62,358 nt of DNA from Acidimicrobiia bacterium (GTDB lineage Bacteria > Actinomycetota > Acidimicrobiia > Spongiisociales > ZC4RG35): NCBI GenBank assembly GCA_050329955.1, contig JBHJOH010000050.1:1-62358 (forward strand). The letters are read 5' to 3'. The position numbers and the translations under genes were made by a program. Of the stretch, positions 9,119 to 16,944 are shown piece after piece. The first letter of the stretch is position 1, and each line of letters begins with the position of its first letter. A model generated the notes under the pieces. It did no database searches. It was not told where the DNA came from and was given only the letters and a program-made list of their open reading frames with translations.

Positions 9119-9322
9119 ATGTTCGCCACCACGTTGCGCAGGATCGATTCGGAAGAGGAGGGACAGGGCACCATCGAGTACGTGCTCGTGATGCTGGCGG
9201 TGGCGGCGGTGGCCGTCGTGCTCATCGCCTGGGCCCGGAGCGGAGCGGGCAAGGCGGCACTCGAGGGGTTGTTCACCAACGTCATCTCCTGGGTGTCGGC
9301 GGCCGCCGCCAGGTTCCGCTGA
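9119..9322 (+). CDS. flp: Flp-family type IVb prepilin
   Basis: MFATTLRRIDSEEEG/QGTIEYVLVMLAVAAVAVVLIAW matches the G/XXXXEY Flp processing motif followed by a hydrophobic helix. RBS GAAAGGAG lies upstream of ATG 9119. Confidence 0.85.
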   Translation: MFATTLRRIDSEEEGQGTIEYVLVMLAVAAVAVVLIAWARSGAGKAALEGLFTNVISWVSAAAARFR

Positions 9323-9323
9323 C

Positions 9324-9677
9324 ATGGAACGGGGATCGTTGACCGTCGAGGCGGCCTTCGTCATCCCCTTCATCCTGGTTGTGCTGATGGCGGTGGTCGA
9401 AGTGGTCGCCGCCATCGGCACACACCTCGAACTGGTTGCGGCCGCCCGCGAGGGGGCGAGGGTGGCGGCCACCGCCCCCGACCCCGCCCAGGCGGCGACG
9501 GCGGCCAGATCGGTGGTGGGATCCGGGATGAGGGTGCAGGTACTGGTGGTGCGTCCCGACGTGGTGGGCCGCCAGGCGCAGGTGACGGTGTCCTACGACA
9601 AGCCGCTGATCTCGCCGTTGCTCTCGGCCATCACGGTGCCGATGCGCGCCCGCGCCGTCATGAGGGTGGAACGGTGA
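9324..9677 (+). CDS. TadE-like pseudopilin
   Basis: N-terminus ERGSLTVEAAFVIPFILVVLMAVVEV is the TadE N-terminal signature. Confidence 0.8.
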   Translation: MERGSLTVEAAFVIPFILVVLMAVVEVVAAIGTHLELVAAAREGARVAATAPDPAQAATAARSVVGSGMRVQVLVVRPDVVGRQAQVTVSYDKPLISPLLSAITVPMRARAVMRVER

Positions 9678-10057
9678 ACCAGCGCGGCACCACCACGGTG
9701 CTCGCCGCCGCCATCGCCGCCCTCACCGTGTTCGCCGGACTGGTGGGAGTCGAGGTGTACCGCCTGGTGACGGCCAAAGCAGTTGCCCAGACCGCGGCCG
9801 ATGCCGCCGCCCTGGCCGCCGCCCCCCTCACCTTCGCCGCTTTCGGGTCGGAGGGCGGCCCGGAGGCGGAAGCCGCCACGTACGCCGCTGCCAACGGGTC
9901 GGCGCTGGTGGAGTGCCGCTGCCCGTTCGACCCGGTGTGGCGGTCCCGGATCGTGGTGGTCACGGTGGCGGTGGAGGTCGACTCGTTCGTCGGCCTCTCC
10001 CACGTGCGGGCCATGGCGGCAGCCGAGTTCGACCCGACCGTGTGGCTGACACCGTGA
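9674..10057 (+). CDS. Helicase/secretion-neighbourhood TadE/TadG-like protein
   Basis: QRGTTTVLAAAIAALTVFAGLVGVEV hydrophobic N-terminus followed by AAQTAADAAALAAA. 4-nt overlap with the preceding gene. Confidence 0.7.
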   Translation: MNQRGTTTVLAAAIAALTVFAGLVGVEVYRLVTAKAVAQTAADAAALAAAPLTFAAFGSEGGPEAEAATYAAANGSALVECRCPFDPVWRSRIVVVTVAVEVDSFVGLSHVRAMAAAEFDPTVWLTP

Positions 10058-10078
10058 TGCGATGGCATCATCCCGAGC

Positions 10079-10558
10079 ATGGCCAAGCCTGCGAGTGGAA
10101 CACCGGCGATCGTTGCGCTCGAGGCGGCGGGCGTGCCCTTCTCGATCCACCCCTACGAACTCACCGAGAGTGCCGACACCTACGGCGAGGCGGTGGCCGC
10201 CGTGCTCGGAGTCGACCCCGACCGGCTCTTCAAGACGTTGATCGCCGAGGTCGACGGACACCCAACGGTGGCGATCGTGCCGGTGTCGTCCCGGCTGTCG
10301 ACCAGGTCGCTCGCCCGAGCCGCCGGAGGCAAGAAGGCCGACATGATCGCCCCGGACATCGCTGAACGCCTCACCGGCTATGTGACCGGCGGTATCAGTC
10401 CGTTCGGTCAGAAACGACCGCTCGCAACCTTCGTCGACGAGACCATCGAGCTGTGGGACACCGTGTATGTGAGCGCCGGCAAGCGCGGTCTCCAGGTGGA
10501 GGTCGCACCGGCCGATCTCATCCTGCTGTTGGAAGCCGGCGTGGCCGATCTGATCTGA
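10079..10558 (+). CDS. ybaK: Cys-tRNA(Pro)/Cys-tRNA(Cys) deacylase YbaK
   Basis: 159 aa. GTPAIVALEAAGVPFSIHPYE...GYVTGGISPFGQK is typical YbaK/EbsC. Confidence 0.85.
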   Translation: MAKPASGTPAIVALEAAGVPFSIHPYELTESADTYGEAVAAVLGVDPDRLFKTLIAEVDGHPTVAIVPVSSRLSTRSLARAAGGKKADMIAPDIAERLTGYVTGGISPFGQKRPLATFVDETIELWDTVYVSAGKRGLQVEVAPADLILLLEAGVADLI

Positions 10559-10560
10559 AC

Positions 10561-10576
10561 GTCAACAGGTCAACGG
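10561..10576. repeat. GTCAACAG-GTCAACGG: reverse complement of the octamer array at 6211-6234
   Basis: Read directly. Confidence 0.6.
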
Positions 10577-10596
10577 GAGGCGATGCTGAGACCGAA

Positions 10597-10636
10597 CGAA
10601 AAAGAGTCGGCCGGAGGAGCGAACTCCTCCGGCCGA
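10597..10636 (-). terminator. Rho-independent terminator for glnII, possibly bidirectional with ybaK
   Basis: 13-bp perfect stem TCGGCCGGAGGAG / CTCCTCCGGCCGA with loop CGAA. On the minus strand it is followed by CTCTTTTTCG. Confidence 0.8.
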
Positions 10637-10690
10637 TGCCTCAATCGCTGTCTGGTCGACTTGTCGACCAGTGGACCCGTCGACGCTTGG

Positions 10691-11698
10691 TCAGAGATCG
10701 CCGGCGGCTGAGCCGCAGATGGTCTCGGTGATCAGCTTGGTCACCACGTAGGGGTCCATGTTGGCGTTGGGACGCCGGTCCTCGAGGTAGCCCTTGCCTT
10801 CCTTGGCGCACTGCCACGGGATGCGCACCGAGGCGCCGCGGTCGGACACTCCGTAGGAGTAGTGGGTCCAGGGGGCGGTCTCGTGCAGACCGGTCAGGCG
10901 GTGCTCGATCTCTGCTCCGTAGTTGGCGACGTGCAGGTCGTGGCGCTTCCCGAGTGCTTCGGCGGCGGCGATGATCGGGTCATAGCTCTCGCGCATGGCC
11001 TTGGTCGAGAAGTTGGTGTGCGCACCGGCGCCGTTCCAGTCACCCTTGACCGGCTTCGGATCGAGGTGGGCGGAGATCCCATGGTCCTCAGCCAGGCGGT
11101 AGAGCAGGTAACGGGCCAGCCAGATCTCGTCGGAGGCCTCGATTGGGCTTGCCGGGCCGATCTGGAACTCCCACTGACCGATCATGACCTCGGCGTTGGT
11201 TCCCGAGATGGTGAGACCGGCGTCGAGACAGGCGGTGGTGTGGGCCTCGACGACCTCACGACCGAAGATCTCGTCGAATCCGACGCCGCAGTAGTAGCCG
11301 CCCTGCGGGGCCGGGTACCCGCCCATGGGGAAGCCGTATGGCCGGCCTTCTTTGAAGAAGGTGTACTCCTGCTCGATACCGAACCAGGGCTCCTGATCGG
11401 CATACTTTTCGGCGACGCCCACCAGGGCTGCACGGGTGTTGGACGGGTGTGGCTCCATGTCAACGGTCAGAACGTCGCACAGGACGAGGACGTCATCCTT
11501 GCCGCGGATCGGATCGGGGACGATCCGGACCGGGTTGAGCACGCAGTCGGACTGGTTGCCGGGGGCCTGGTTGGTGGAGGAACCGTCGAAGCCCCAGATG
11601 GGTGCTTCGGTGCCGTCGGCGACGACCTTGGTCTTCGTGCGCAGGCGGTTGGTGGGCTCGGATCCGTCGATCCAGATGTATTCGGCTCTATACGGCAC
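10691..11698 (-). CDS. glnII: Glutamine synthetase type II
   Basis: VPYRAEYIWIDG N-terminus and about 335 aa are typical of GSII. GTG start at 11698 preceded by AGAGAGGGAG. The ORF track start at 11764 is probably too far upstream. Confidence 0.85.
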   Translation of the reverse strand: MPYRAEYIWIDGSEPTNRLRTKTKVVADGTEAPIWGFDGSSTNQAPGNQSDCVLNPVRIVPDPIRGKDDVLVLCDVLTVDMEPHPSNTRAALVGVAEKYADQEPWFGIEQEYTFFKEGRPYGFPMGGYPAPQGGYYCGVGFDEIFGREVVEAHTTACLDAGLTISGTNAEVMIGQWEFQIGPASPIEASDEIWLARYLLYRLAEDHGISAHLDPKPVKGDWNGAGAHTNFSTKAMRESYDPIIAAAEALGKRHDLHVANYGAEIEHRLTGLHETAPWTHYSYGVSDRGASVRIPWQCAKEGKGYLEDRRPNANMDPYVVTKLITETICGSAAGDL

Positions 11699-11915
11699 GT
11701 CGCTCCCTCTCTTGGTGGGTGACCTGGGGATGGTCACTGACGAACAGTGTGTGACCTGACGCAACCACGGACCGGTTTCCCTCGGATTATGCGAATGTGA
11801 ACACCGTGTTTCGGGGGTGGTTTCGGGGGGTGGCAGATGAGATCGCCCGTACCAGGGTGGGTCGAGCGGACGGATGCCTGCCTGGGGCCGATTTCCCGGG
11901 AGGTGGACCCTCTGC

Positions 11916-12272
11916 TCAGGTGACAGCCAGGTGCGGTTCCCGTTCGGTAGCAGAGTCCTCCCCGGCGGTCATCATCACCGACGCCCGCCATGCCGCGATC
12001 GTGCCGGAGAACTCCATGTGCACCCGTTCCGCATTCCAGTCGACCTTCACCGACTGGCCACGCCGACTGACCACGCGCACCGCGGACTTCGGGACGAGCA
12101 TCGAGCTGCCGTCGGGAAGCCACAATCGCAACGAATCGCCGGCGTCCTCCAGCGCGGCCGAACCCAGTCTCGGCAAGACGATCTCGACCTCCACCGCATC
12201 GGTCGGCGGACCTCCGCCAGCACCTCGTGGGGGGTGGAACAGCGACGCGACATCCAGTCCCTGATAGCCCAT
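11916..12272 (-). CDS. Hypothetical protein (118 aa)
   Basis: Only GC3-rich codon usage and an intact ORF support it. No family recognised. Confidence 0.4.
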   Translation of the reverse strand: MGYQGLDVASLFHPPRGAGGGPPTDAVEVEIVLPRLGSAALEDAGDSLRLWLPDGSSMLVPKSAVRVVSRRGQSVKVDWNAERVHMEFSGTIAAWRASVMMTAGEDSATEREPHLAVT

Positions 12273-12392
12273 ACGTACCTCGGCCCTGCCCCGGGCCGCC
12301 CTCCTTGGCCTGCACGATAACGGCTGAAGCGGTACCGATCCAGTGTCCTGCCGTCCCGATCGAGCGGGAACGTCGGAGCCCGAGCGCGTGAG

Positions 12393-13019
12393 TCAGAGTC
12401 CGAGCTCCGACTCGATCCGGGTGAGGCGGTCCTCGAGCGAGGCGATGCGTGCCAACAGCTCGGTGGTGTCGGCAGCGTCGGTGGCGGAGGAGCTGGCGGG
12501 CGCCGGACCGGTCCATGATCCGTCCCAGGCCAGTAGCAGCGTCCGGTACCGGTGCTCCTTCTGGCCGGGGGCGCGCTCGAGGCGGGCGACGAGCGGGTCG
12601 TTGCGGGTGATCAGGTCCTCGAGGGTCTCCTCCACCGCCTCCGTTGAGGAGAACTCGCAGTAGCGATCGGTGCGTTGCCGTAACTCCCCGGGGGTCTGCG
12701 GTCCGCGCAGGAGCAGGATGGCGAGCAGCGCCAGTTGCCGGGAGTCGACCTCGAGCACATCATCGGCCTTGTGGACGTATTTGAGGGCGCGGGCGCCCGG
12801 GGTGCGGGTGAAACGGGACAGGCCCTTGTCGTTGAGTTTGGCGAGCGCTCCCTCCACCAGCTCCTCGTCGTAGGTCGAGACCGGCTCGCGATTGGTTTTT
12901 TGGCTGGCCGCAGCAACCAGGGCATTCACGGTCATCGGGTAGTACTCGGGGGTCGTCATCTGCTTTTCGATCAGGCAGCCAAGGACCCGCGCCTCCTCGG
13001 CCGAGAGCGTCGGCATCAT
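12393..13019 (-). CDS. DUF480 (YceH-like) family protein
   Basis: LSAEEARVLGCLIEKQMTTPEYYPMTVNAL...LRGPQTPGELRQR matches the YceH family. Start at MMPT (13019/13016), abutting the stop of the upstream hydrolase. Confidence 0.8.
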   Translation of the reverse strand: MMPTLSAEEARVLGCLIEKQMTTPEYYPMTVNALVAAASQKTNREPVSTYDEELVEGALAKLNDKGLSRFTRTPGARALKYVHKADDVLEVDSRQLALLAILLLRGPQTPGELRQRTDRYCEFSSTEAVEETLEDLITRNDPLVARLERAPGQKEHRYRTLLLAWDGSWTGPAPASSSATDAADTTELLARIASLEDRLTRIESELGL

Positions 13020-13786
13020 CAGTTGACGAACCCGGCAACGCGATTCACGAAGCGCTCGGTCTCGTTCAGGTGCGGGTAATGGGCGTTGCCGGGCCACACC
13101 TCCACTTCTGCGTGGGGTATCAACGACGTCAGCCAGGTCCGGTACTCATCGCCGGGGTCGTCGCCGTGAATGGCCAGGTACGGGGCGTCGATTCCGCCGA
13201 CCAGTGCGCGGACCATGGTGTCGAGATCCTCGAGCGAATGGGTGAAGATCGGATCCCACACCCCTAGGACCACTTCCTGGACCGGTCGACGAAGCGCCGT
13301 GAGCCGCTGGCGCTCGGCCTCGGGCAGCGGTGCCATCATCCCGTCGAACATCATGCCGATCACACCGGGGAAGGCTTCGCTCCGCAGCATCGGTTCCACC
13401 TGGGTTAGGCCCTCCTTGAAGGCGGCGAGCGACAGGGGCTGGTCGATGTTGACCACCGTGCGGGTGGGGTAGGCGGCGGCGTACACCGAGGCGACGAAGC
13501 CCCCCAGCGAGTGTCCGACCAGCGTGGGGAGGCCGGCGCCCACCTCGTCAGCCACTGCCTTCACGTCGGCCGCCATGGCGTCGAGCGCATAGGTGTCGGC
13601 CGGGTCCGAGTCGCCATGTCCACGGAGGTCGACTGCGATCACTCTGCCCAGGCGGGCGAGACGCTGACGGGTGGCTCCCCAGGCGGTGCGATTCTCGGTG
13701 ATGCCATGCATCAGGATGAGGTCGGGGCCGTCGCCCTCGACTTCGTAGGCGATTCGATTGCCTTCGGCTCCGGTTGCGTGCTGCAT
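13019..13786 (-). CDS. Alpha/beta-fold hydrolase
   Basis: HGITENRTAW oxyanion region, nucleophile elbow GHSLGG, C-terminal AHYPHLNE. Confidence 0.8.
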   Translation of the reverse strand: MQHATGAEGNRIAYEVEGDGPDLILMHGITENRTAWGATRQRLARLGRVIAVDLRGHGDSDPADTYALDAMAADVKAVADEVGAGLPTLVGHSLGGFVASVYAAAYPTRTVVNIDQPLSLAAFKEGLTQVEPMLRSEAFPGVIGMMFDGMMAPLPEAERQRLTALRRPVQEVVLGVWDPIFTHSLEDLDTMVRALVGGIDAPYLAIHGDDPGDEYRTWLTSLIPHAEVEVWPGNAHYPHLNETERFVNRVAGFVN

Positions 13787-13931
13787 GGAGCGACGCTACC
13801 GCACCGAGCCGCATCGGGGGTGTCGGACACGCAACCGAGCGCCCAACGACCGGTGGGTTGGGCGGTGGTACCGTCCGGCAAGTTGCCGCCGTTTAGGGCA
13901 GGCGCCGCCAGTACGCTGACTTCAGATACCC

Positions 13932-14543
13932 ATGAAGAGACTGAACCCGCTCCACCAATGGCGTGCCCATCCCTGGCACGGCCTCGGCCCCGACGCCGGA
14001 GCACCCGACATCGTCACCTGCTTCATCGAGATGACGCCCTTCGACCTCATCAAGTATGAGATCGACAAGGAGAACGGCTACCTCAGGGTGGACCGGCCGC
14101 AACGTTCGTCGGCGGTGCTTCCGGCGCTGTACGGGTTCATCCCCCAGACCTACTGCGCAGAACGCGTGGCCGGCCTCTCGCCCAAAGCCACCGGCGGCGA
14201 CGGTGATCCCCTCGACATCTGCGTGATCTCGGAGCGGCCCATCCAGAAGTCCGAGATCCTGCTCCGGGCGCGAGTCGTGGGCGGCCTGCAGATGGTGGAC
14301 GACTCCGAGGCCGATGACAAGATCGTGGCGGTGCTTGCCAACGACGATGTGCACGGTGATGCCCGCGACATCACTGACATTCCCCCGGCGATGGTCGAAC
14401 GTCTCCACCACTACTTCGCCACCTACAAGCTGTTGCGCGGCAGTGACGTCTCGGTCTCGATCGAGGAGATCTACGGGGCCGAACGGGCCCGCCAGGTCGT
14501 CCTCGCCGCAATGGCCGATTACGAGGAGCACTACGGCCTCTGA
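13932..14543 (+). CDS. ppa: Inorganic pyrophosphatase (family I, soluble)
   Basis: KYEIDKENG, GDGDPLDICV, VDDSEADDKIVAV motifs. Confidence 0.9.
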   Translation: MKRLNPLHQWRAHPWHGLGPDAGAPDIVTCFIEMTPFDLIKYEIDKENGYLRVDRPQRSSAVLPALYGFIPQTYCAERVAGLSPKATGGDGDPLDICVISERPIQKSEILLRARVVGGLQMVDDSEADDKIVAVLANDDVHGDARDITDIPPAMVERLHHYFATYKLLRGSDVSVSIEEIYGAERARQVVLAAMADYEEHYGL

Positions 14544-14594
14544 CGGCGCCGCATCTGCCCACCGGCCCGCGCGGTGGAGGGATCGACGGGGGTT

Positions 14595-16844
14595 TCAGGC
14601 GAGCACCGCGTCCAGCAGCCGGACGGCTCCCGCCTTGTCGAGCGGGTCGTTGAAGTTGCCGCACTTGGGTGACTGCACGCAGCTGGGACAACCTGACAGG
14701 CAGGGACAGGTGCGTATCGCCTCGACCGTTGCCTGCAGGTGGTCGCGACCGGCGGTGAAGGCAACCGGTGAGATGCCGGCGCCGCCGGGGAAGGCCTCGT
14801 AGATGAAGATGGTTGCCACCCCGGTCTGGGGGTGCCAGTTGGTGGAGAGGCCGCCGATGTCCCAGCGGTCACAGATCGCCATGAGCGGCATCATCCCGAT
14901 CCCGGCATGCTCGGCGGCGTGCAGCGCCCCGGGGATCGAGGGCTGGTCGAGTAGGGCAACATCGAGCAGGTGGTCGGGGATGGTGAACCAGATTCCCTCG
15001 GTCTCGAACACCGTCGGGGGCAGATCCAGGTACACGGTGTCGAGCACCTCGCGCGATCCGAGCTTGCGCTTCTGATAGGCCACCACGTGGGTCTCGACCC
15101 TGACCACGCCATGGTGGTGGCCGACCTCGCCGATCCGGTCCTTGGCGAGCAGGTCGATGATCTCGAGGTCCTTCTCGGTCTTCGGCTGCGTGTAGTAGTC
15201 CACGTCCTCGGGGTGGACGCGCACCTCCCGTCGTGCCAGATCGAGGCGTTCCACCACGTGGGTCTCGCCCTGATGCAGGTACACGGCGCCGGGATGGGCG
15301 TCGCGGAAGGCCCGCTCCTCGTCGAAGGTGCCGAGCGGCTCGCCCTCCGACACGATCACATAGGTGGGTCCGCCACTCGAGCGGATGTTCACCCGTGCCG
15401 CCGGGCGTTGGCGGTGCGACCAGAACAGCCTTCCGTCCTTCAGGCGGAGCAGGCCCTCCTGCACGAGGCGATTGGCCGCCTCCTCGATCGCTTCGCCCAG
15501 GATCTCCCGGTCCTCGATGTGCAGCGGAAGTTCGTGGGCGGCGCAGGCGGCGTGAGCCTCGGCCACGAGGGGGTTCGACGGGTTGATCACCGCCGCTTCG
15601 GGGGTGCGGCTGAACAGCTCGCCCGGGTGGGTCATGAAGTACTGGTCGAGGGCGTCCTCGCCGGCCACCAGCGCCACCAGTGAGGCTTCCCGACGCCGTC
15701 CCGCCCGACCGGCCTGTTGGCGGAACGACGAGATCGTCCCGGGAAAGGTGGTGAGCACGGCGGCGTCGAGACCGCCGACGTCGATGCCCAACTCGAGGGC
15801 GTTGGTGGCGATCACACCCGCCAGCCGTCCCGAGAACAGCCGGGCCTCGATCTCGCGCCGTTGCGTGGCCAGATACCCGGCCCGGTAAGGGGCGATCCGT
15901 TCCCGCTGATCCTTGGGCATCCGGTCGGAAGCCATCCGGTACATCAGTTCGGTGGTCTTGCGGCTGCGGGTGAAGGCGATGGTGTTGAGGTCGGCCCGCA
16001 CCAGGTCGAGGAACAGGTCGGTGGAATCGGCCAGGGCGGAGCGGCGCCGGTTGAGCTCCTCATCGATCACCGGCGGGTTCCACATCGCCACCCACTGCTC
16101 CCCCCGGGGGGAGGCGTCGTCGTCGATCACCTCGACCGGTTTCCCGCACAGCGCCGAGGCCAGCTCGCCGGGATTGCCGATCGTGGCCGAGCCGAACACG
16201 AAGGTCGGGTCGGAGCCGTAGTGACGGCAGATGCGGCGGAGTCGGCGCAGCACCATCGCCACGTGGGTGCCGAAGATGCCCCGCAGCGTGTGCATCTCGT
16301 CCACCACCACGAACTCGAGGCGGTGGAAGAAGTCCCCCCACGGCCCGTGATAGGGAAGCATCCCCACGTGGAGCATGTCGGGGTTGGTGAGGATCACGTT
16401 GGCCTGGCAGCGGATACGGGCCCGTTCTTCGGGCGGGGTGTCACCGTCGTAGGTGGCGGCTTTGACGTCGGGGATGCGCAGGTCTGTGAAGCTGCGCAGC
16501 TGGTCCTGGGCGAGCGCCTTGGTGGGGTAGAGGCACAGGGCGGTGGTCTTCGGTTGGGCTAGGATCGCCTCGATGATGGGCGCCTGATAACACAACGTCT
16601 TCCCGGAAGCCGTACCTGCCACCACCACGGTGTCGGTGTGCCGGCGAAGCTGCGCGATCGCCCGAGCCTGATGGCGGTAGAGCCGTTCCACCCCCCGGTC
16701 CTCGAGCCGGGCCGCCAGCAGCGGATGCAACGGAGGGTCGAGGCTCATGAACATCCCGGCCCGTTCCGGTCGGTGCTCCACATGAACCATCGAGCCATCC
16801 TCGTCCTCGGCCCAGTGTGCCAGCACCTCGTCGATGGCACTCAC
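14595..16844 (-). CDS. DExH-box helicase with a C-terminal DUF1998 zinc-ribbon domain (MrfA/YprA-like; 'helicase/secretion neighbourhood' helicase)
   Basis: Motif I AGTASGKT, motif II VDEMH, C-terminal CPCLSGCPSCVQSPKCGN four-Cys cluster. 749 aa, GTG start. Confidence 0.85.
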   Translation of the reverse strand: MSAIDEVLAHWAEDEDGSMVHVEHRPERAGMFMSLDPPLHPLLAARLEDRGVERLYRHQARAIAQLRRHTDTVVVAGTASGKTLCYQAPIIEAILAQPKTTALCLYPTKALAQDQLRSFTDLRIPDVKAATYDGDTPPEERARIRCQANVILTNPDMLHVGMLPYHGPWGDFFHRLEFVVVDEMHTLRGIFGTHVAMVLRRLRRICRHYGSDPTFVFGSATIGNPGELASALCGKPVEVIDDDASPRGEQWVAMWNPPVIDEELNRRRSALADSTDLFLDLVRADLNTIAFTRSRKTTELMYRMASDRMPKDQRERIAPYRAGYLATQRREIEARLFSGRLAGVIATNALELGIDVGGLDAAVLTTFPGTISSFRQQAGRAGRRREASLVALVAGEDALDQYFMTHPGELFSRTPEAAVINPSNPLVAEAHAACAAHELPLHIEDREILGEAIEEAANRLVQEGLLRLKDGRLFWSHRQRPAARVNIRSSGGPTYVIVSEGEPLGTFDEERAFRDAHPGAVYLHQGETHVVERLDLARREVRVHPEDVDYYTQPKTEKDLEIIDLLAKDRIGEVGHHHGVVRVETHVVAYQKRKLGSREVLDTVYLDLPPTVFETEGIWFTIPDHLLDVALLDQPSIPGALHAAEHAGIGMMPLMAICDRWDIGGLSTNWHPQTGVATIFIYEAFPGGAGISPVAFTAGRDHLQATVEAIRTCPCLSGCPSCVQSPKCGNFNDPLDKAGAVRLLDAVLA

Positions 16845-16866
16845 CGTGGTCGCCTCGCCAACCGCA

Positions 16867-16940
16867 CCTCACCACCTTTTGCACATTGTGCAGAACGCAC
16901 GCGAAACGCTTGCGTTCTGCACAATGTGCAAAAGGTGAGG
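16867..16940. promoter_or_regulatory. 25-bp perfect (30-bp with bulge) inverted repeat between the FtsH paralogue and the helicase
   Basis: Arms CCTTTTGCACATTGTGCAGAACGCA (16875-16899) and TGCGTTCTGCACAATGTGCAAAAGG (16911-16935), 11-nt loop. Each arm contains the sub-palindrome TGCACAWTGTGCA. No U-tract follows. Confidence 0.6.
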
Positions 16941-16944
16941 GGGG

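Noticed and set aside
16867-16940. LexA/Cheo SOS box (GAAC-N4-GTTC) or mycobacterial RecA-independent promoter motif upstream of the repair helicase.
   Set aside because: GAAC and GTTC are present but 17 nt apart, at the base of the hairpin, not N4-spaced. No TGTCGGTG-N8-TANNNT motif is seen.
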